From Tepidisphaera sp. (lineage in GTDB: Bacteria; Planctomycetota; Phycisphaerae; Phycisphaerales; UBA1924), in NCBI GenBank assembly GCA_016124375.1, contig WGNV01000006.1, positions 29,479-93,478 on the forward strand: 64,000 nucleotides of DNA. The letters are read 5' to 3'. The translations under genes and the position numbers were made by a program. Shown here one piece after another: positions 56,353 to 64,000 of the stretch. The notes under the pieces are model-generated. The model was not told the origin of the DNA. It saw nothing but the letters and a program-made list of their open reading frames with translations, and did no database searches. Within the stretch, counting starts at the first letter, position 1. Each line of letters begins with the position of its first letter.

Positions 56353-57588
56353 TCAAGCCGCCGGGAGCGCGGCGGGCTTGCGCCCGCGCACCGCGAGGCG
56401 GGCGAGCAGGAGGATGGCGACGCCCGGGGCGAGCCACATGGTGTGGCGTTCGATGAGGCCGAGCCAGAAGAAGGGGCCGGCCAGGGCGATGGTGATGGCG
56501 AGCACGACCAGCTTGTCCAATCGCGGCCCGCTGTGCCGGTCGCGCGTCGGGATGGCGCACAGCCACACGTACGTCGGGAAGATCAACGCGTAGAAGGTCA
56601 TGAACAGGCGGTAGACGACCTCGGCGAAGTCCAGCCCTGCGTACGCCGCCAGGGCGTTGGCCCCGAACGCCGCCCCGACGCCGATGACCATGATGGCGAG
56701 CACTGGGCTGGTCTGCGGGCGGTCTGACGGCGGCACGAAGCGCTCGCTGATCCAGGCGGTGTGCAGGCGGATGGTGAAGGCCAGCTGCACCATCACGTGC
56801 ACGAAGACCGCCGTCGGGCGCAGCGCTTCCCAGGGGTCGGGCGAGGTGGCCAGGCCGACTGTCATGTACACGTACGTGAAGCCGATCATCGCCGCGAACA
56901 GCACGCCGAAGCCGATGATGAACCCGAGCGTGCCCCGCGGCCCGGGCACCTGGCGCCGGGCCTGGTGGAATGTCAGGTCCAGCGCGGGGCACAGCATGAA
57001 CCCCAGGATGCTCACCGGCGCCAGCATCACCAGTTCGCCCTTGGGCAAGAGCGACTTGGGAGACGCCGATGCGAACGCCTCCCAGTGGTCGTACGTGAAG
57101 ATGCCCGCGCACGCCATCGAGAGCGCGAACACCAGCCCCGCGATCACCAGCGTCCACGCCCCGCTGCGGGTCGGCGTCGGCAGAAGCATGCTCAGCAGCG
57201 CCAGCCCCGCGATGGCGTAGATCACCGGGCTCCCGCTGATCTGCAGCGGCATGATCAGCCTGAACAGAAAGAACCACTGAAACGCCAGCGTCACGAACGA
57301 AAACGCGCGGCACGCCTCGCTGTGCGTCGCCACGAACGCCTCGCTCGAGCCCTCCTTGCGGAACACGATTCCGAACGCCGCCGCCCCGATGACGTTGGGC
57401 AGCGCAAACACCAGGAACGACGCGGGCCCGAAGTCGCGCAGCAGCAGCCCGGGCAGAAACATCCCGATGCACCACGTCCACGAGCACGCCAGAAACGCGC
57501 TCCATCCAAGCGTCCACAGCCACGCCGTCAACACATGCCGTTGACGGGCGGGCTGAACCAGCGGCACGGGAATCGGCAGGTGCGTCAT
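56353..57588 (-). CDS. Polytopic membrane protein (transporter-like)
   Basis: About 11-12 hydrophobic segments; SWTWCIGM, PNVIG, LCPALDLTFH. Confidence 0.7.
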   Translation of the reverse strand: MTHLPIPVPLVQPARQRHVLTAWLWTLGWSAFLACSWTWCIGMFLPGLLLRDFGPASFLVFALPNVIGAAAFGIVFRKEGSSEAFVATHSEACRAFSFVTLAFQWFFLFRLIMPLQISGSPVIYAIAGLALLSMLLPTPTRSGAWTLVIAGLVFALSMACAGIFTYDHWEAFASASPKSLLPKGELVMLAPVSILGFMLCPALDLTFHQARRQVPGPRGTLGFIIGFGVLFAAMIGFTYVYMTVGLATSPDPWEALRPTAVFVHVMVQLAFTIRLHTAWISERFVPPSDRPQTSPVLAIMVIGVGAAFGANALAAYAGLDFAEVVYRLFMTFYALIFPTYVWLCAIPTRDRHSGPRLDKLVVLAITIALAGPFFWLGLIERHTMWLAPGVAILLLARLAVRGRKPAALPAA

Positions 57589-57648
57589 CGGGTCGGGCTC
57601 ACACGAGGAAGAAATCGGCCGAGAAAAACGGCCAGAACATATCGCGGG

Positions 57649-58425
57649 CTACTTCTTGGAAAACTGCGACCCCGGGCCCACCGCCCGGGCGTTGCCGCGC
57701 TTGGCCTTCTGGTGCAGCGCGGGGGTGAGGTGAAACGTCGCGACGCAGCGTCCGACGCGCCGCTCCTTGGCCGCGAGTTTCGCCAGCAGCGCGTCCTTGC
57801 TCCGGCGCTTGGCCACCGCCTCGGGCAGCAGCGCCTGCTGCACGATCTCCAGGTCCACGGTCAGGTTGAACTCCTTGCCCGCGGCGATCAACGCGTCCAG
57901 GTCCTCCCGGGGCGTCACCTTGTACAAGGCCGGGCCGAAGCAAGGCCGCAGAAACCGGTAGCCCAGCTCCTTGCACACGATCGTGTACCCGCCCCCGGTC
58001 CGGGCGAAGATGTACATCCCGCCGGCGATCTCGCTGTTGGCCAGGAGGCTTGCCCCGGCCATCGCGTTGTACCAGTTCCGGTTGAAGCGCCGGAAGGGCA
58101 GCTCCGCCGCGAACGTGCGGTCGTCCACCTTCTTCATCCGGATGCCGCTCTTGAACGCGTAAGGCAGCCAGATGAACGAGCACACCCGGTGCCAGAAGTG
58201 ATTGCGGCTCGAGAGCTTCGCGATGAACGCCTCGATGCGTTCCCAGAACGACAGCCGCACCGGAGGCGCCACCGCCACCGTCCCGGTCTGCACGGCGATC
58301 TCTTCGCGCTCGGCCTCCGCCGCCAGGTCCTCGGCGTCGGGCCTGGGCATCTTCGACAGCCCCGGGCCGGCGTTGGCCTCGGGCGTTGCGCCATCAGGCG
58401 GCAAAATGGTGGGCGTTTCTGGCAC
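57649..58425 (-). CDS. Hotdog-fold (DUF4442/PaaI-like) protein
   Basis: FNRNWYNAMAGASL, YRFLRP. Confidence 0.6.
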   Translation of the reverse strand: MPETPTILPPDGATPEANAGPGLSKMPRPDAEDLAAEAEREEIAVQTGTVAVAPPVRLSFWERIEAFIAKLSSRNHFWHRVCSFIWLPYAFKSGIRMKKVDDRTFAAELPFRRFNRNWYNAMAGASLLANSEIAGGMYIFARTGGGYTIVCKELGYRFLRPCFGPALYKVTPREDLDALIAAGKEFNLTVDLEIVQQALLPEAVAKRRSKDALLAKLAAKERRVGRCVATFHLTPALHQKAKRGNARAVGPGSQFSKK

Positions 58426-58500
58426 TTTGTCGAGTTCCTTGCGTAACTGTAGGTCGGCGGTCCCGCCCGCCCCGCTCCTCTATTCGCCCCGCCGCCCCCC

Positions 58501-59463
58501 CTAGATCTCCTCGGGAATCAGGTCAAACCACCCTTTGGCGTTTGTTCGGACCCGGAAGCACGGGTGCCCCGGCTCGTGATCCAGCACCAGCACCCAGTCG
58601 TGCCGCGCCGCCTCCGTCAGCAGCCACAGGCGGCTCACCATGCTCGTGTAGGGCTCGACGTCGTACCCCAGGCTGTACGCCGCCCCGTTGTGCCACGCCG
58701 TCGGCAGCACGTCGGGCACGAACACCACGGTCCGCCCCTTCACATCCGTGAACTTCATCGCCTGCTGGCCCCAGGTGTGCCCGGGCACCAGAAACACGCT
58801 CACTCCTGGCGCCGTCTCCGTCTCCCGCGCCCACACCGGGCTCATCGGCAGTTCGTCCCGCCCCGGCACATACCCCATGGGCCAGGGTCTTGGCGAATCC
58901 ACCAGCACCAGTTGCGGCTGCAGCGGCTCGATGTGATCCGCGAAGTACGTCCGCGTCATCACGCTGCGGTTCACCCGCCCGTCGTCCCACTCCCGGCTCT
59001 GCACGTACACCTTCGCGTTCGGAAACGTCCGCTTGACCTTTGATTCGCCCGCGCTGCCCGGGCCCACCCAGTCGGGCGTTTCTCCCGGCCTCAGGGCCCG
59101 CGTCAGGCCCCCCGCATGATCAAAGTGCAGGTGGGTCACGATCACCGCCCCGATGGAGCCCTCGTCGCAGTTCACACTGTGCAGCGACTTGATGATCGAC
59201 TCGTCGCCGATCTGGAAGATCTCGCGGCTCTTGGCGTCCAGCTTGTCGCCGCTGCCGGTCTCCAGCAGCACCCGCGCCGGCCCTTGCCCCGCGCCGTCGC
59301 GCTGCAGCAGCAGGCAGTTGTGCTGCACCGGGATCCGGTGCTTCTCGTCGGGCGTCACGAACTTGGACCACACCACGCGCGGCACCAGCCCGAACATCGA
59401 GCCACCGTCCAGCTTGAACGCGCCAGCACGCAGCAACTGCCAGGAATAACGAGTCTCGCTCAT
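58501..59463 (-). CDS. MBL-fold metallo-hydrolase (YtnP-like)
   Basis: LDGGSMFG.VP..W, THLHFDHAGG, GHT, D, H. Confidence 0.9.
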   Translation of the reverse strand: MSETRYSWQLLRAGAFKLDGGSMFGLVPRVVWSKFVTPDEKHRIPVQHNCLLLQRDGAGQGPARVLLETGSGDKLDAKSREIFQIGDESIIKSLHSVNCDEGSIGAVIVTHLHFDHAGGLTRALRPGETPDWVGPGSAGESKVKRTFPNAKVYVQSREWDDGRVNRSVMTRTYFADHIEPLQPQLVLVDSPRPWPMGYVPGRDELPMSPVWARETETAPGVSVFLVPGHTWGQQAMKFTDVKGRTVVFVPDVLPTAWHNGAAYSLGYDVEPYTSMVSRLWLLTEAARHDWVLVLDHEPGHPCFRVRTNAKGWFDLIPEEI

Positions 59464-59719
59464 GCGAAAGGGTATGGGACCGGCCCCGCACCTTCGTCGC
59501 TGGCCCGTCCCATCCCCGGGAAAGGTTTGGCCCCCTCGCCCGCGATCCCCCCCGCGACTGTCACTTGCGAACAAATCCGCGCGGCATTTTTCAAGGGCGG
59601 AAACGTTTACCCATCATTTTCAGCACGCCAAACCCCCTTTCGCCCCTTGCATGATCTTGACGCTTTTCTAGTCTTTCCGCGGCGTGTTGTCGTCGGCTTC
59701 GCGTGTTTGGAGGTGCCGC

Positions 59720-61060
59720 ATGTCGCTGGGCGTGTCGCTTGTCGGGGTGGGAGTCAGAGCGTTGATGTGCGCGGCTCCGGCGCTGGCGCAGCCCGGCGAA
59801 GCCGGCGCAGCCGCGGCTCCGGGGCCGCAGATCGACGCCGGCAGCACCGCCTGGATGCTCACCAGTTCGGCGCTGGTGCTGCTCATGGTGCCCGGCCTGG
59901 CGCTGTTTTACGCCGGCATGGTGCGACGCAAGAACGTCCTCACCACCATGATGCACTCGTTCGTCGCGATGGGCGTCGTGGGTGTGCAGTGGATCCTCTT
60001 CGGCTACTGCCTCGCCTTCGGCAAGAGCCAGGGCGGGCTCATCGGGTGGGACCCCGCGCTGCTCGCGCTCAACGGCCTTGATCACACCAAGATGTTCGCC
60101 GACAAGGGCGTTCCCGAGCTTGTGTTTGTGATGTTCCAGGGCAAGTTCGCCATCATCACCCCCGCCCTCATCGCCGGCGCCGTCGCCGAGCGCATCAAGT
60201 TCAGCAGCTACCTCTGGTTCATCCTCATCTGGACCACCTTCGTCTACTGCCCGCTGGCCCACTGGGTCTGGGCGGACGGGGGCTGGCTCTTCAAGCTCGG
60301 GGTGCTCGACTTCGCGGGCGGCACCGTCGTTCACATCTCTGCCGGCTTCTCTGCCCTGGTTCTGGCGCTGCTCATCGGCAAGCGCAAAGACCTCGAAGGC
60401 AACTCGGTGATCCTGCCCCACAACCTCACGCTCACGCTGCTCGGCGCGGGGCTGCTCTGGTTCGGCTGGTTCGGCTTCAACGCCGGCAGCGCGGTCGCCG
60501 CCGACAAGCCCGTCGCCGGCGCCGTGGCGGGTCTGGCGTTCACCACCACGCAGTCCGCCGCCGCGGCTGCCGCGCTGGTGTGGATGCTGCTGGAGTGGCG
60601 CCATCACGGCAAGCCCACCAGCCTGGGCCTGGCCTCGGGCATCGTCGCGGGCCTGGTCGCCATCACCCCGGCCGCCGGGCACGTCCACCCCATGCACGCG
60701 CTCATCTTCGGGGCGCTCGCCTCGATCGTCTGCTACTGGGCCGTGCAGCTCAAGGGCAAGTTCGGCTACGACGACTCGCTGGACGCCTTCGGCGTTCACG
60801 GCGTCGGCGGGCTGCTGGGTGCGCTGCTTACCGGCGTCTTCTGCTTCACGCCCGAGCGGGGCCTCATCTACGGCAACGTCGGCCAGCTCGGGAAGCAAGC
60901 ACTCGGGTCGTTCGCCGCCGTCGCGTTCGCGCTGCTCGGCACGCTGCTCATCGCCTGGGTCATCAGGGCGGCCAACGGCCTGCGCGTCAGCGACGCCCAC
61001 GAGCGCGACGGGCTCGACATTACAATCCACGGCGAACGCGGGTACCACATGGAGTCATGA
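59720..61060 (+). CDS. amtB: Ammonium transporter
   Basis: PGLALFYAG, FQxxFA, AER, DFAGGTVVH, WFGWFGFNAGS, DDSLDAFGVH. Confidence 0.96.
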   Translation: MSLGVSLVGVGVRALMCAAPALAQPGEAGAAAAPGPQIDAGSTAWMLTSSALVLLMVPGLALFYAGMVRRKNVLTTMMHSFVAMGVVGVQWILFGYCLAFGKSQGGLIGWDPALLALNGLDHTKMFADKGVPELVFVMFQGKFAIITPALIAGAVAERIKFSSYLWFILIWTTFVYCPLAHWVWADGGWLFKLGVLDFAGGTVVHISAGFSALVLALLIGKRKDLEGNSVILPHNLTLTLLGAGLLWFGWFGFNAGSAVAADKPVAGAVAGLAFTTTQSAAAAAALVWMLLEWRHHGKPTSLGLASGIVAGLVAITPAAGHVHPMHALIFGALASIVCYWAVQLKGKFGYDDSLDAFGVHGVGGLLGALLTGVFCFTPERGLIYGNVGQLGKQALGSFAAVAFALLGTLLIAWVIRAANGLRVSDAHERDGLDITIHGERGYHMES

Positions 61061-61080
61061 CCCACCGGGCAGATCTCATC

Positions 61081-61431
61081 ATGAAACTCATCCACGCCAT
61101 CATCCGCCCCGAACGCCTCGAAGCCGTGCAGCGCGAACTCCGCGCCGTCCTCGACGAGCAGGACAACTACCGCATCACCGTTTCGCCCGTGCGGGGCCAC
61201 GGCGCCCAGCGGGGAGAAATGGAATACGTCCGGGGCCAGGCCGTGCAGCCTCCGATGGTCGAACGCACCCAGGTGATGATCGCCGTCAACGACCAGTACG
61301 CCGAGCCCGCAGTCCAGGCCATCATGAAGGGCGCCCGCACCGGCACCGTCGGCGACGGCAAGATCTTCGTCCAGCCCCTCGAAGACTGCATCAAGATCCG
61401 CACCGGAGATCGCGGCAGCGCCGCCATCTGA
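61081..61431 (+). CDS. glnK: P-II family nitrogen regulator (divergent)
   Basis: MKLI.AIIRP, ARTG..GDGKIFV, IRTG; downstream of amtB. Confidence 0.85.
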   Translation: MKLIHAIIRPERLEAVQRELRAVLDEQDNYRITVSPVRGHGAQRGEMEYVRGQAVQPPMVERTQVMIAVNDQYAEPAVQAIMKGARTGTVGDGKIFVQPLEDCIKIRTGDRGSAAI

Positions 61432-61449
61432 CTCGCCGCCCCGCCCGCC

Positions 61450-62514
61450 TCACGGCACCAGCATCATCCGCCGAATCGTCGCCGGGCTCTCCGGGTGCCC
61501 CGTCCTCGCGCTCAGCAGCGCCGCCTGGCTCATCGCCAGCACCGGCTCCAGCGGCATCGGCCCTAAGTCCGGCGACTGCACATCGACGAGCCGCGCCAAA
61601 CTGTCCGCCGCCGTCGTCACCGCGTGGCTCTTCTTGCTCCCGCCCCGCGTGCGCCCGGTCATCCGCAACTCATCGCGCTTCGCCCCGTCCGGCCCGATCC
61701 ACTCAAACCCGTCGTCATACAGCCGCAGGCGCCCCTCGTGAGACACCAGCGTCACCGTCGTGTTCCACCGCCCAGCCGCGTTGCTCGCGCTCACCACCCC
61801 CGCCCGCCCGTCCGCAAACCGCAGCGTCGCCGACAAATCCCCGTGCAGGTGCGCCAGCGTCTCGGGCGCCGCGGGCCGATGCCCCGTGTGCCACGCCGGC
61901 GCCACGATCGCCGCATCGATGCTCTCGGGCTCCGCGAGCAAGCCATACAGCAAATCCATCGCGCCCATGAGCCGCGCCGCCAGCGACCCGTGCTCGGGCG
62001 CACTCCACGTCTCCACCTGCACCAATCGCGGCCGCCCAAACGCCGTCAGCACCTCCGCCGCCTCGCGAAACCACCTCGCCCCGCGCAGCGTCCCCACAAA
62101 TCGCAGCGTCGGCCCGGCCAGCCCCTCCGAATCTCCCCCCGCCCAGCCCCCCGGGCCCAGCAGTAACGCACTCGCCGGCACCGGCTCGGTGCACGCCACC
62201 CGCACGCCCCGCCCCGCGGCTGTCATCACCGCCCGCGCATCCAGCCCGTCGCTCTTGGTCCCAAAGTCCCCCGCGCTCGCCAGCCAAATGACATCCACCG
62301 CCATCTCGGTCAGCGCGCTGCGAAGATCATCAAACGGCTCGCACTTCAGCCGCGTCGCCGCGGCCGCGCTCTGGCCCTTGTTGGGCGACCCCGCGCCCAC
62401 CAGCGTCAGCCCCGCGGCTTCCACCGTCTCCCCCACAAACTCCGCCTGCGCGGGCTCCAACCACACCGCGATCCGCTTCGCCGCCGCCCCGGGTTGAGAT
62501 GATGTCGCGCTCAT
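61450..62514 (-). CDS. Degenerate Gfo/Idh/MocA-like oxidoreductase fold protein
   Basis: VACTEP (CEKP-like), L.FADGR.G, C-terminal AA..SARTG. Confidence 0.55.
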   Translation of the reverse strand: MSATSSQPGAAAKRIAVWLEPAQAEFVGETVEAAGLTLVGAGSPNKGQSAAAATRLKCEPFDDLRSALTEMAVDVIWLASAGDFGTKSDGLDARAVMTAAGRGVRVACTEPVPASALLLGPGGWAGGDSEGLAGPTLRFVGTLRGARWFREAAEVLTAFGRPRLVQVETWSAPEHGSLAARLMGAMDLLYGLLAEPESIDAAIVAPAWHTGHRPAAPETLAHLHGDLSATLRFADGRAGVVSASNAAGRWNTTVTLVSHEGRLRLYDDGFEWIGPDGAKRDELRMTGRTRGGSKKSHAVTTAADSLARLVDVQSPDLGPMPLEPVLAMSQAALLSARTGHPESPATIRRMMLVP

Positions 62515-62549
62515 TCGTTGACGCATGGTACGTGCGTACGATCACACGT

Positions 62550-62968
62550 GAGTGCGGCAAGGCGGCCGCGAACGCGGGGGAAACCTCGCGGGCGAGGAAA
62601 GTCCGAGCACGGCAGGACACGGTGGTGGGTAACGCCCACCCGCCCGCACACTCAAAGTGGTCCGGGCGAGGGAAAGTGCCACAGAAACTCAAACCGCCTA
62701 AGCCTCTTTCGAGAGGCCGGCAAGGGTGAAAAGGTGGGGTAAGAGCCCACCGCCCGCGGCGTGAGTCGCGGGGCATGGCAAACCCCACCGCGTGCAAGGT
62801 CAAGCAGCCCTCAGCCTGGTCCGGGTAGTGGGGGCGGGTAGACTGCTCGAGCGTCGCGGCAACGCCACGCCTAGAGAAATGGTCGCCATCGCCGGAAGGC
62901 CCGTCAGCCCCCGTCAAAGGAGGCGGGAACCGCCGGCGAAACAGAACTCGGCTTACCGCCGCACCGAC
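62550..62968 (+). ncRNA. rnpB: RNase P RNA (type A)
   Basis: GAGGAAAGTCCG, GGAAAGTGCCACAGAAA, GGTAAGAG, TAGAGAAATG, AAACAGAACTCGGCTTA; P1 gtgcggc/gccgcac. Confidence 0.96.
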
Positions 62969-63027
62969 CGCGACACGGGCCTTGGGGAAAACCCTGAGGC
63001 CCGTGGCCATTTTGGGGGGCGGGAAAG

Positions 63028-63151
63028 AGAGAGACGGAGTTCCGGAGAGACGGAGAGACGAAGTTCAAAGGCACGCGCGTGCGAACGTCAACGGTGCCCG
63101 CCAACGCACTGCCTGATTTAGCAATTTAGCAATTTAGCCCTTTAGCAATTT
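63028..63151. repeat. Short tandem repeats (GAGAGACG)n and (ATTTAGCA)n
   Basis: Octamer arrays at 63028-63066 and 63116-63151. Confidence 0.7.
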
Positions 63152-63153
63152 CA

Positions 63154-63942
63154 TCACGGGCACTCCCCACCCGCCACCACGTTGATCAACGCATCCACAT
63201 CGCCCTGGTCCACGACCCCGTCCCGATTGAAGTCCGCATCGCGCCCCGTCGGGTTCTCGCCGCCCGCCGCGATGTTAATCAGGTAGTCAATGTCTCCCTG
63301 ATCCGCCACACCGTCCCAATTGTAATCACCATTGCAATACGGCACGCCCGCGGGCTGGATGTGAAAGTTGAGCACGGCGCAGCGGTCGATGGCCGCAGGG
63401 TCGGCGTCCGTGGGCACTTCCCAATTGTGAAGATGAGGGTAGAGCCGGTGGCCAACCGCGAACCAATACACGTCGGCGGCGAGCGGACCGTCTTGGCCGG
63501 CGAAAGTCTCGGTGCAGAAGTAGGCGGGCTCGACTTGTGGGTATGCTAGATTCTGCAAACACACCGGGGAACGGATGTCGGTCGCAAGGCCGAAACTCAG
63601 GCGAACGATCGTTTCTAGCCCTTGCGGCATGAATGATTGTGTCAACCCTTCTCCGGCGGAAGAATACTGAATCAACTGGATTTCACCGAGATTCTGATGT
63701 TCTGGACAGCCGCTGTATTCCGGCGGATCTGACCAGATATCCACAAATCCGGCGTCTGCACTCGCCTCGGGCAACTCAATCCGAAACCACTGAATGTCGT
63801 CGCCGCTCTGCAGTTGGACCGGCACGCGAAAATTCTCCGGCGCCAAGTGCGGGCCGAGATCATTGAACTGCGTCGGCTGCGCGAACGCCGCCCCGCCCAA
63901 GCAGCCGCACGCGCATGCTGCCAGCATGGATACTCGATTCAT
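63154..63942 (-). CDS. Secreted protein with C-terminal dockerin/EF-hand-like duplicated DxNxDG tail
   Basis: Signal peptide; CNGDYNWDG..DQGD...DADFNRDG..DQGD..LINVVAGGECP. Confidence 0.8.
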   Translation of the reverse strand: MNRVSMLAACACGCLGGAAFAQPTQFNDLGPHLAPENFRVPVQLQSGDDIQWFRIELPEASADAGFVDIWSDPPEYSGCPEHQNLGEIQLIQYSSAGEGLTQSFMPQGLETIVRLSFGLATDIRSPVCLQNLAYPQVEPAYFCTETFAGQDGPLAADVYWFAVGHRLYPHLHNWEVPTDADPAAIDRCAVLNFHIQPAGVPYCNGDYNWDGVADQGDIDYLINIAAGGENPTGRDADFNRDGVVDQGDVDALINVVAGGECP

Positions 63943-64000
63943 GGGCACTCACCTCCCGCCACCACATTGATCAACGCATCCACATCGCCCTGATCCACCA
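63939..64000 (-). CDS. 3' end of another dockerin-tailed protein (truncated by window)
   Basis: VDQGDVDALINVVAGGECP-stop; ATGA overlap with next gene. Confidence 0.8.
   Translation of the reverse strand, partial: VDQGDVDALINVVAGGECP

Overview
High-GC bacterial chromosome segment, most consistent with a Planctomycetota (Phycisphaerales-like) genome. This is inferred from PEP-CTERM-like VPxP sorting tails, dockerin-like DxNxDG tails, a DUF1559-like prepilin protein, Zn-ribbon membrane proteins and heptamer/REP-like repeats. It is mostly core genome: tRNA-Ser(CGA), coaC-like, rpoZ, an rsmH-LysM-ftsL-like-ftsI dcw remnant, valS, frameshifted prfB, pdhA, SigK/RskA/fasciclin module, ompA-like, pilD, xseB, gcvT, serS, SUI1, FHA-GspE/PilB ATPase, amidase, asnB, orphan DNA MTase, ugd, aspS, amtB-glnK and rnpB. 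Several lower-GC single-gene inserts are interspersed. The best candidate for an undescribed system is at 45.1-47.0 kb: a sigma70 promoter, a structured leader with a 15-aa SD-led leader peptide, an atypical RbfA-like gene, and a translationally coupled RtcB RNA ligase. It may be a ribosome/rRNA repair module. Other notable signals are pervasive leaderless-type TANNNT boxes 5-8 nt before start codons, a prfB shift site with UAA and no internal SD, kb-scale G/T versus C/A skew domains, an AT-rich DUF4062 gene, a globin lacking the proximal His, and a PII lacking Tyr51. No CRISPR array, integrase or transposase was seen. All calls come from motif recognition by eye; no database searches were run.
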